This document shows positions 38,600 to 49,987 of a stretch of 64,000 bases of DNA, piece by piece. Position 1 is the stretch's first letter. Each line of letters starts with the position of its first letter. Below the pieces are notes generated by a model. That model saw only the letters and a list, made by a program, of their open reading frames with translations, searched no databases and was not told the DNA's origin. Source of the DNA: Trichoplax adhaerens (lineage: Eukaryota > Animalia > Placozoa); assembly GCF_000150275.1 (NCBI RefSeq), contig NW_002060960.1:882469-946468 (forward strand), read 5' to 3'. A program made the translations under genes and the position numbers.

Positions 38600-40726
38600 C
38601 TAGCTAACCATAGTAATTTTCAGCATTTCAACCGTAGGGCTATTAAGCATCCCAAAGCCGGCAATATCGCTGCCATCCGCATGAAAAGACTGCAAGGGTA
38701 CTAGTTGACATTTAAAGTCCCATTTGCGCAATAAATGTTCGATTGTTCTGTTACAACTGTAAATATCATGGAGAAATTGGGTTATTTTACCTCAATAAAT
38801 AGGTGCATTTTAAAATTTTATTCTTCTTACCAACTTGAAAGCGTATCAATTAGAAATAACAACCCATTCGAAAATGTACCTTCTTTGTTGATATGTCGTC
38901 CAGAATTGACAATTTGGATTTTGTTGCATTATTGCATGGACAGTAACTAAAATGTCCTCGAAATCTATCAAAGGAAGGTGAAAAATGAAGAGATGAACGA
39001 GTATTGATATGAATAAAAGTGTAGAACATCATTGCAGTCAAGATTAGTAGTCTGATAGTGTAATAACACAAAATAAACAAGGTAATATAGAAAATGAAGA
39101 GAGTAGCTAGTATTAATATGAATAAAAGTACACAACATCATTGCAGGAATATTAAATTAGTAGTCTAATCGTGCAATAACCTCAAATTTTCAAAGTAATA
39201 CAAGATCAACTCATTGCAATGATGTCTACGAAACATAAACACACAAACATTTGTATCGACGCGTAGAGTAGCAAAACACCTAAAGTAGATAAACAACAAG
39301 TCATCGTTGGACAGTAGATGTAACAAACGCCTTGTTCCAACATGTTTTATGATCTTATAATCAACTCGATGAAAGATTAGCACAGATACCTTGACTATCG
39401 TAAAAACAATCTGAACCAAGAATGATATCCATTGCAGGTAACTCTAGCAGAGTTGATGATATCTGACCCCAGGTTATTCCTAAAACGACACCATTGTCAA
39501 TGTTATTCAATTTTAGGTTGGTGTTACAAGCATCTAGAGCATCGACGAGTTGCTGGCTATCGGATAAAATGACATTGGCACCGCAGCGAGCGGCAACAAT
39601 TCCAGGTAAAGAAGTTCCAGCTCCTATCTACAATACAAGAAGTTTTTGCATAGGCAAATGTCAATACCATGTCAAGTTTATTTTAATCTTAATAAATACT
39701 ACACAACGCTAGATCTATCGGTAGTTCAAGGCATGCAAACATACATACCTCCAGTACAGATTTACTTTGAAGTTTTTGCCGATTGTGCCATACATACTGT
39801 GCAAGAACAGGAGCAGACGGCCAAATATATAATCCATAATCTTGTTGAATTGTCTATACTCGTATATCAAGGATACAGTACTTGACGTTAACTTAACGTG
39901 CTATTCAAAAGTGCAACTTCCATTCTAGTACAGTAAAACCTTGACAGAAACATTTGTTTGCACAGTCTTTATTACAGTAGTCTGCAACAGTAACCAGAGA
40001 CTCGATCTAACATTTTCTACCTAGTAAGCTAATCTTCAACATGACATTGTACCAATGTGCCGATCATCTTACCGTTCATTGGAGTGGATCATTTACGAGT
40101 ACAATTCAATCATGGTTCTATCTACGACTACCTGGTTTAACTCCTATCGAGCACTGTTGAATGGCTAATTTTGAGCTAATGCATCATGAGCAACTGATTT
40201 GAAAGCATCCATGCTTGCTTACAAGATTTAGCACACTATCTGAGAATGTCCATCTTCTCCTATCAAACTACGTACAACATGATACAGTAATATTTGTACA
40301 GCAACATTGGCAAGTACAATTTTTATTCCTAGACGCCGCAAAAGTAGCCAAGGACAGAAACACTATCGCTCTAGCCCAATTACTCTTCTATGTGACATTC
40401 AATAACAGTCCTGTCTAGATATTGATATAGGCATAAACCAATATCGCTAATATCGCTATGCTAACTGGGCTAGTCCAAGTACAATAACTACTTTGCAAAT
40501 GCTAACCCAAGTGGCTCATGACGTGCTCATGTCACATCCAAGATTGGCGATGGAATCATTTTTAGCGAACCATCTACAGTAATGTAAAGTACAGTTGCAC
40601 CATATCAAAGAATTGGCTTCGACTACCTTTGCATGATTGTGATTTTATGCATTGTTGTACCTCTTCTATCGTTACTTCCAAGTGTTCATCTTGATCTTGA
40701 AAGGAGAATTTTTTGCATGTCTTCAT
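38600..40726 (-). CDS. METTL23: METTL23-like SAM-dependent methyltransferase; exons 40726-40661, 39853-39749, 39627-39390, 38964-38880, 38756-38600
   Basis: Spliced protein MKTCKKFSFQDQDEHLEVTIEE|TIQQDYGLYIWPSAPVLAQYVW..KSVLE|IGAGTSLPGIVAARCGANVILSD..GITWG..DIILGSDCFYDSQDFEDILVTV..FWTTYQQRS..IEHLLRKW..TVEMLKITMVS*. All junctions are in phase with GT-AG. Confidence 0.9.
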
Positions 40727-41289
40727 TTTGGAAACGGACAATCAAATCATCCACCAAATCTTACGTATTACCATCAATTAGTCTATCCCATTCGCCAGCG
40801 TTGTTAATAGCTCTATAACCAGTAGAAAAGCTGTATTCAAGCAGACTTTAGACTATCAGTATGGATATTTTAAGTTACTTTTCCCACAAGTCCTTTAGTT
40901 CAACCTTTCTCTCACAACAGAGCAGCTGGAAATTAGCAAATTTAGCCTTTCGAGTACGAGCAATTTTTCGATGGTGGTGCACCGTCAAGTATGAGCGCAA
41001 TACTACAATCGACTTTCAATCATGCAAACTTACATTTGTATAGAGCAAGCGCGCATTCATGATACAGTACAGTACCGACAGTATGCAGTAACTTATACAG
41101 CTAATCTCGGCCATCATGACGAAATTAATGGAGCTAATCCAAGTTGATGATTATTAATAGAGGACATTGCTACTCGGATTACATCACCATTAGGCTAATT
41201 CAAGTATAATCAAAAATTCTACAGAATGGCTTAAGAGACTTTAGCGGCTCTACGGTAGTGTATATCTACAAGTCAATCTTGGCCTGTAT

Positions 41290-42466
41290 CTTGAAATCAT
41301 GAAATCAATCTGCAGCAAGACAGAATCCACATGAATTGAATTGTGCTCCTATGTCGATAATAGCAGTGATGGCTCATTTATCGAGTTCAATCGAGTAAGT
41401 AAGTCTACAATTCAGTCCTGGCCTCAGTCTTCGAATGATGATATCTACTGTACTGTAAAATGAACATTAATTGAATAGAGCTCCTATGTCGATAATAGCA
41501 GTGATGGCTCATTTATCGAGTTCAATCGAGTATGTCTACAATTCAGTCCTGGCCTCAGTCTTCGAATGATGATATCTACTGTACTGTAAAATGAACATTA
41601 ATTGAATAGAGCTCCTATGTTGACAATAGCAGTGATAGCTAATTTATCGAGCTCAATCGAGTATGTCTACAATTCAGTCCTGGCCTCAAATGATCAAATA
41701 TACAGCAAAATTATCATCAATTGAATAGTGCTCCTATGTTGATAATAGCAGCGATGACTATTTTATCCAGTTCAATCAAGTATATCCACAATTCAATCCC
41801 GTCCTCAATATTCAAATGATTAAATCAATCTACAGCAGAATCAACATTAATTTAATAGTGCTCCTATGTTGATCGTAGCAGTGATGGCTGTTTTATCGAA
41901 TTCAATCGAGTATGTCAACAATTCAGTCTTGAAATAATGAAATCAGTCTGCAGCAGAATTAACATTAATTTGGTGGTGCATCTAGGATGATAATAGCAGC
42001 GATGGCATGTCATGAAATCAATCTGCAGCAAGACAGAATCCACATGAATTGAATTGTGCTCCTATGTCGATAATAGCAGTGATGGCTAATTTATCGAGTT
42101 CAATTGAGTATGTCTACAATTCAGTCCTGGCCTCAGTCTTCGAATGATGATATCTACTGTACTATAAAATGAACATTAATTGAATAGTGCTCCTACGTTG
42201 ATAATAGCAGCGATGACTGTTTTATCCAGTTCAATCGAGTATGTCTACCATTCCACCCCGTCCTCAGTCTTCAAAGGATTAAATCAATCTACAGCAGAAT
42301 TCATATTAATTTAATGGTGCTCCTATGTTGATCATAGCAGTGATAGCTAATTTATCGAGTTCAATCGAGTATGTCAACAATTCAGTCTTGAAATGATGAA
42401 ATCAATCTGCGGCAGAATCAACATTAATTTGATAGTGCATCTAGGATGATAATAGCAGCGATGGCA
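41290..42466. repeat. Tandem array of ~130-bp diverged monomers in two higher-order blocks (~41297-42006 and ~42010-42466)
   Basis: CTCCTATGT(C/T)GATAATAGCAG core ~10 times. Both blocks start with CATGAAATCAATCTGCAGCAAGACAGAATCC and end with GTGCATCTAGGATGATAATAGCAGCGATGGCA. Confidence 0.9.
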
Positions 42467-43234
42467 AAAATAGACTGGAATTTTCTGGTTTCGCGTTATG
42501 TCATAAGTTAAGGATGGTAAACAGTAAAATAAATACACAAAAGGTGCATGTAATATGTCCTGATTTTAACTATTAAATAAAGAATATAAATATTCATTCG
42601 GCACTATCTGTCGATAGCTTTATATACATCTCCAGTAATATTTAGAATTTGAGTGACCTGTGGGCAACTTGAGCTCTCCCATGCCATACTCTATCTAGTA
42701 TATCGTCTAAATATATCATCTAGGGCATTTTTCTTATCATTCTGAAAATTTTAAAATTTGCCTTATTGTCGCCAATCAATTTATCCAATCTCGATAATAA
42801 TACCCACATTTTTACGGATTTACTTTTTTATTAGCATTATTGTTGTTGTGATTTCACAATCATAACAGCTTCGATAATACATTCGGTAGATTTAATTTCA
42901 TCCGATCGGTAGCATGATTAATTGATTGGTGAGATAGAAATCTACGCGTTGGTAATTAAAGTTAAAATTAGATTATGACTTACATCGTATCATTTTTATG
43001 AGTACAAACATTATAAGAAGGAGAAGAAAATGCTACTCACCTCAGATAACATTAAGAAGGGGTTAATAAGCTAGATGAATTATCACCGAACATAACACAT
43101 AGCATTGTAAAGATGGTATCAGCAATTTTTATAAATAAATAGGGAAAGCTTACGTTATAAGTTCTTCTCGTTCAATAATGACTTACCAACTACAAAATGC
43201 ATTCTCTACACGTAGTGGTCTGTTCTGTAATAGC

Positions 43235-44131
43235 TTAAGGTATCTGTATATCAGCAGAAAATACATGGAATGCAGGGCCGGAAACTTTGACCTCTATAGG
43301 GTCTCTTCGAAGTATATAAACAGTTGTACGTCCAGGTCTTCCTACAAAATCTCCTTGTTCAGTGTTAACTTTGGCTAATGGTTGTGGAATCATTCCATTT
43401 CGAACCATATAAGCAGTCAATGGACCTTGAGATGATCCAGTTACTGGGTCTTCTGCAATTCCTATTAAAGGTCCAAACACCCTACTATGTGCATGGCTGT
43501 TTTCATCGACACCATGAGGTGTTAATGCACAATAAAGTATAATATTATGTTGTTCGGCATGAACTTTAGCAGTCTTTTGATTGATATTGAGCTCTTTCAG
43601 CTGTTGCAATGATTTAATAGCAAAATAAACGTAGCGATTAGTTTTTTCCATCAAGATTGGTTTGGATTGATCGATAGCATCTAAATTAATGGCTAATGCT
43701 TCAGCAAGTTGTGCATGATTGAAAGGTAGAGGATCAAGATTAATAGAGAGAGGAAAGAAAGAAATAATCGGTTCTTTACCACTCCAATCGATTTCACCTT
43801 TGACTAAACCAGCATTAATTTCAATATCATATTGTTTCACGATACCCTGATCAGCACCAAATCTTTTCTCTTTAGCAATCGTGGCCAATGTTGCTAACGT
43901 TACGTGACCACAAAATGTGATTTCTGCATCGCTAGGAGTAAAATAACGCAAGCGAAAATTGGCACGTTGACTTGTTAAAACATAACCAGTCGCGGAATTA
44001 TTCATTTCTCGAGCAATATTTTTCATATCTTTCTCTGTCAGATTATCGGCATCGAGTACAACTGCTCCTGGATTGCCACCAAATAATTGAGCTGAGAATG
44101 CATCAAATTGATGAATGCGATTAGTTTTCAT
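43235..44131 (-). CDS. PhzF/YddE-family (DAP-epimerase fold) isomerase-like protein, 298 aa, intronless
   Basis: DAFSAQLFGGNPGAVV, IAREMNNS, RLRYFTP..EITFCGHVTL, HSRVFGPLIGIAEDPVTGS, EQGDFVGRPG, VKVSG; single uninterrupted ORF. Confidence 0.93.
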   Translation of the reverse strand: MKTNRIHQFDAFSAQLFGGNPGAVVLDADNLTEKDMKNIAREMNNSATGYVLTSQRANFRLRYFTPSDAEITFCGHVTLATLATIAKEKRFGADQGIVKQYDIEINAGLVKGEIDWSGKEPIISFFPLSINLDPLPFNHAQLAEALAINLDAIDQSKPILMEKTNRYVYFAIKSLQQLKELNINQKTAKVHAEQHNIILYCALTPHGVDENSHAHSRVFGPLIGIAEDPVTGSSQGPLTAYMVRNGMIPQPLAKVNTEQGDFVGRPGRTTVYILRRDPIEVKVSGPAFHVFSADIQIP

Positions 44132-45434
44132 CTTGATTTAGGTCCGTGTTGAATCAAGTGCTGTTGTAGAACGTTGGCAAGGTGAAATACGGATTCATTT
44201 CTTGCTCGAATTCCTCCTTAAAGGTAATGCTCACACCAGATATAGAAAGATGGCATGATCATGTATGCAAATCGATCAGGTGATCTTCAGCCTATTAACA
44301 AACTTGATACGGTATTGTATAAGTTGAGCAAATTCATTTTCACTATCATGATGCAAATTAAATCGATGCAACATGTAGGAAATCGACAGCAGCATTTTGC
44401 TGTAATAGCAACAAAAATTGACTAATACACTGTCTAATAGCAGTGTACTGTAGACTATTGAATAGTCTCTTTCTTTCTAGAATCTCTTGTCTGCAATGCA
44501 TTAAATCGATCTGATCATCTTCAGCTTTACTGAATATGACGATACTATGCAGCGATTTCAATATAATGAAGGAAAATGAACACATCTAGCTTTTTCGAAG
44601 GATATGCCCTAGACTAACGGTACTACTACTTTACTAGTAATACAGTTGCAATAATAATTCATTCACTATACTCTACTCCTACTTGAGTAAATGAAAACTA
44701 AATTGTATATTTGAAGAGTACTGTACATCAAGTTAAAACACTGCACCAGCATCAGTAAGAGTACTACTCCCTCTCGAACATATCGAAACCGGATAATTTA
44801 CCGCATTAATTGATTTTACACTGTATAGGATTAAACGCTATAAAATGTTTAATCCACTCTCGTAATATTAAAACAGGCATCTTACTGCATTAGATTAATT
44901 TTATGCGGTAAGCTGTATAAGATTGAACACTGCAAAGTATTCAATTCACCCTCGTAATATCAAATCTGTATTGATATTCTTTTCGCAAATTTCATGCAAG
45001 TAACATAACAGCAATTACTAATTGTATTACATATCGCTCTTTTAATTTGCGATTTATTCCCTTCTTTCACCGATACTGCCGCAATATTTGCAAGTATTAT
45101 TATAGTATATTGTTCAATTATATTAAAATCAATCTAATATACTGTAGTACTTTAAAATTCTGCAATAAAAGCAGAATGCAGTATTATCAATTATACTGTC
45201 TTTAATTCAGAATAAGATGAAGAAGTTATTTTCCAGAATTTCATTCGCTAAGCTTTCATTTGACCGCGGTATGGGCTTGGTGATGGAGAAAGTTTCTATT
45301 TGTCTCCAAATAATATTTAGCAGCCTTTCTTTCACCAATACTTATAGCCATCCTACAGTTGTAATGTTAACTTACAGTATTCCTCTCGCTAACTACGCAT
45401 GAAATGTTTGAAACGAACTTTTTGATTTAGTGAC

Positions 45435-45560
45435 CATGAATTATTCAATTATGCTAAATAGGCTTTTATTCTGATCTGCTGCTTGATAGTACTGATCATG
45501 AATTATTCAATTATGCTAAATAGGCTTTTATTCTGATCTACTGCTTGACATTACTGATTC
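45435..45560. repeat. 62-bp tandem duplication
   Basis: CATGAATTATTCAATTATGCTAAATAGGCTTTTATTCTGATCT at ~45435 and ~45497. Confidence 0.9.
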
Positions 45561-46848
45561 ATATAGACGATAATCTCATATAATCTCAACCAAATAGTAC
45601 CTTAAAATTGCCATAGTGCTAATTTTATCATGACTTCATCTTTAAGAGGATCTTTGAGGCAGAAAGAGAAGGATCTTGCCGTAGTCTACGCAGTATTTGC
45701 AGAAACGTAAACTATGTCGTCCATATGAATACTTCCAGGAGCATAAGCTTAACAGCATTAGTCTGAAAAGTCTAATAGCTTAAAACAAAAATAGTACTCG
45801 TATTTATCAGCGGATTAGCGAAAACTAGAATGCATCATTAGCACCTGGGATGGTTTGCTTGTTTCCTATAAAGAAAGATCTTACGGTAAGATCAAATTTT
45901 GAAAATCACTTTTGCTCATGTTTTGAGCATCCATACCTCAACCAGCTTGCCAATTTGTAATTGCAAGCATTTTTGTTCGTTATACTCAATATGTTTATCA
46001 ACGTCAAAAGTAGTCTATATTTAAATGATTTGTTATCTTTAACTATTGAAAACAAACGATTAGATCTTACCTTTTTCATCATCATATGGTCAGTTAATTT
46101 ATTTTGCATCGATGGTTGGTAATGAATGATGAATTATTCAGCCTAAAAGTGGTAAAGGACCTTTTAAACGTAATTGAAATCTATCTTATATGCTATTACA
46201 GACCGTACTGACCAGATTTTGAGTAGCATCAATGATTACCATAATTATTTAGTGCTTTAAGAAAATCTGTTTTAGCTAATAGAACATTTGGCGGTCAGAA
46301 TTACAAGAATTATAAATACTCCATAACATTATAACGAAAATAGTGCAAAACAAGGAAGTTACTAAATCTGAATTTGTAATAAAGGTTTATCCCACGCTCA
46401 AATTATTTTGGTAATACTTGTGTAAAAGTGATTAGTATTTAGAGACCGACATCTCTTTATTACAAGGGAATTTACTATCGTTTTCACGTGATGAAAACTA
46501 AGTTTATTGAATTACATTGTAGATTGATTTGCTTTTTTGGTGAAATTATGACTTATTCATAAATACAGATTATGGATTCATTGAGTATCTCAGTAATGAG
46601 CTGTCTTTTATACGTTGTATGGTTATGTTTTTTCAGATATATATCCACCGCCTTTCAGCCAATTTCGTTTAATTGAAGGCTTAGGAACATGCACCTATTT
46701 TCTAGCTTGGATATGACACAGACACAGCTTTTCTTCAATAGGTAAAGCTGTTATGTATTACTTAAAATTGAAACAGTGTTACTTTTTATTTTTATTTTGC
46801 CAGCAGATGTCTAACGGCTAGCTAATTCCAAGCTCAGTTACTGAAAGT

Positions 46849-49800
46849 ATGTTACTATCTCTATGTTGCGTTATTTCCTTATTAACTGCTATTTCGTCGG
46901 CATCCAATGGAACTGACTGCTTACAAACATGCTATCTGCATGTAAATCACCAAGAAATTACTTATTTACAGTTTTCGAGAACAATCAACGACGGTGCAAC
47001 GCGAGTAGTTTACTTTGATATATTGCGGGATCACTACTATAATGTTAACGCAACACTGTATGCTTGGGTTCGAGATAATGTTGGAGAGCCAGTCTTCTCT
47101 TTACCCATTGACTATATTGCAACATCCTTTAGCTTACCGATGGTATTCATTGATTATGTACAAGTCGAGTTTAATGAATCTACTCCACGCTGCTATATGC
47201 AATCAAGTCAGTTTTGCCAAAAGATTATGATTATGTCAGCATTAGCTAAAATGACCAGACTAGATAATCGATGTAATGGAACGAATTGTGGCAGCCTGTG
47301 TCGAAGACATTTTCATTTTCGAGACCAAGGTGATCTTGAACACAACACGTACTCATGTTGTCCCGAAAATAGCCTGGAAAAACAAGTGGATTTAGTGAAA
47401 TGTCTTCAGCCACAGCAATTGAAACCTTATATTCCACTGCTACGATCCTTTACTATTATATTGGGAAGTTTGATAAGCTGTACAGTTTTATCTGCTATAG
47501 CAAATCGAGTTATAAAATCACTAGGAAGGTAAGCCACAGTAGCTGTATAAATTAATTATTAGTTACAATTTATTGTTACAGTTAAGGTACTCCATTATAA
47601 ATTACATTATCAGCTAAAAATATTTTATGATTGCACAGTCTTTAAGAACATGTATTCTGAACAGTTTTCCTAAATCTTGATCAAGTATGAATGGCTTAGT
47701 AAAAAGGTTTTATGTAACCATAATCGCATAGTTGCAATAGGATGATAGTCTAAAATGAAGATTATAAGTTCATCATTTAGAACATTGTCTTACGATGCTG
47801 TAGTTAGAAATAACATTTAAATTTGGACATGTAAATATTCTTAGATTGTTCTTATACAAGACTAATTGCTGCTTGTTTTAGAGTGTACATTAATTTAAAA
47901 GAATCACTATCATGACGTAGTAAGGTAAATGTAGTATTAAAGTAAACGTTGAGTAAAGGTTGCGGGGTGTTTCTTTGTTAAATATAGCTGGAATTTTTCC
48001 TAATACATACTGTTAATGATAACCGTACAGACATGTAAACTTAAGCTTAACAATCATTAATTATAACATATCAAATATTCATCGCCATTATAGATAACAT
48101 TTTCAACTATTTCATTTTTCTAGCACAATTACAGTTCAAAGTAATTCGTCTCCAAGCGTTGAGGATAATGGCGTTAAAGAAAGTGCTCTGAGAAAAATGT
48201 ATATATTGTCACCAATTACTCGTCAAACTTCTATGTTTAATTATTTTAAAAATTTAATGAGCGAAAATCAGTCACTACAAAGAATGCATTATATATGTTA
48301 TACAGCCATAGGTATTATAGCTATCATCTTTGCTAGCTTGTCTCTTACTGTGCAAACACAGCCATTACCTTTTGTCAGAAGTCTTAAGCTTGTGGCTTTG
48401 GAAATACCGTGGACAATTATAACCTTTGCCTCACTTCTTACAGTTTATTACATATGCAGCATTTTTTTTATTAGAATATATTTATCATGCATAGGACACA
48501 ATCCGTCAAGTAAGCAATATCATTATAAATCTCGACATGTAAGATCTTATTACCAAAATTCTATTTTAAATTACGTAGATATATGGCATCCAGTTCAATT
48601 TATAAGTCAATTTATCCGAATACAAATGTTTCAACGTGATCCATCACTAAGCAATATTAATCGGTCTAATATTATTTTTATCATGTCGTGGATGCATGGT
48701 TTCATAACCATTGCCTCTATTTTTATTTCATTACAATGTATATTTCGAATGATTATCAGTGCATCTTCCTTTATTGTAGCTTACTCCTTATATTTTAGTA
48801 ATATTATAACCATTACTATTCCTTTTATATATTATATCTACATTACGATTGATGCCTATATCAATAGAATGGATAAACTCTGTGGTGATATTACTGCCAC
48901 CTTGCCTCAGGTAGAGAATGAACTAACAAGTATTTTAGAAGCTGACGAAGGTGAAATAGAAATCTATTTTAAAATCGACCAGGATCAAAAAGTGGTTAAA
49001 TATACTAAAACAAGAAAAGAAAATGACAAAACTAATGGCGATGCTAATATTACAGCTTCCAATAGAGAGTTGCAAGTGTTAATAACTGATACTTCAAGCT
49101 CACCAAAACCTCATTTGTTATCGATGCTTGAAGATAGCGGTGATAATGATAAACTATTTGCAGATGAAACAGATGGGCTTCATGACCGTGGCTTGATCAA
49201 TGAATTACATCAAGCTGCAATAGGCCATATTGATGTTCCAGAAATGCTTATTCCACATAAGGAAGAGATTCAAAAGAAACTGCAGCAGATTTTTGATTCT
49301 GGTACCATTCAGTTTGATAAGGGCACCTATAAAATTTTCTTTCATTACATAAGAAATGATAATAATAAAGTTCAGGTCGATTTGCCCCCTTGGAATGATC
49401 ATCATTTGTATAAAGGTTGTATAATAGACTTGAAACCACTGGCAAATCAAATTGAGGAATATCTTCAAAATTGGAACATTGAACAATTTAAACAGAATTT
49501 AGTTAAAGTGTATGATCGGTTAGGTTATATCGATGAAGTTGAATGCGTTGCGATACCGGAAGGATTATTCAATTGGATTCGTTATTATTCGCCGGAATTA
49601 TCATTTACCGTTTGGTCGGTTGTATGGAAAATTACTGTTTCATCTGGTATTTATGCCGCTCTACTGTTAGCCATTCCGGCTTATTCTCACATTGATTCTT
49701 TTGCTGGTTTCAATGCAGCTATCACTAAATTACCTGTTTCTCTAGTCACCATTATCATTGCTTTGAAATGCTTTCAAGAATCTACTGTAGATCAGGAAAT

Positions 49801-49987
49801 AGCCAGAAAAATGTTATTATCCTATTTGATTCGATATAGAAGGGGCTATCAATTCTTTCATGAACAAGGCAATAATCCTGGGATATTTTCACTTCTTGGG
49901 AATTTTATAGCATCATTTTCTCATTCTAGAAAAGCTCGGCAATATATTCGGCTTCGTATGGGTAGTCATCATGATATTTCCATATAA
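46849..49987 (+). CDS. Uncharacterised multipass membrane protein, paralog A (~847 aa); exons 46849-47528 and 48124-49987
   Basis: Signal peptide, Cys-rich ectodomain and ~8 hydrophobic helices. Phase-2 intron AG|GTAAGC..TTCTAG|C joins the two long ORFs. Colinear paralog at 53415-56754. Confidence 0.88.

Noticed and set aside
39941-40260. Alternative upstream METTL23 exons
   Set aside because: Give stops or non-homologous peptides; exon 40726-40661 fits the family N-terminus and phase
44200-44225. Shine-Dalgarno-like TAAGGAGG on the minus strand upstream of the PhzF gene
   Set aside because: About 80 nt from the PhzF ATG and 14 nt from a short out-of-frame ORF; spacing is wrong for a relic RBS, likely chance
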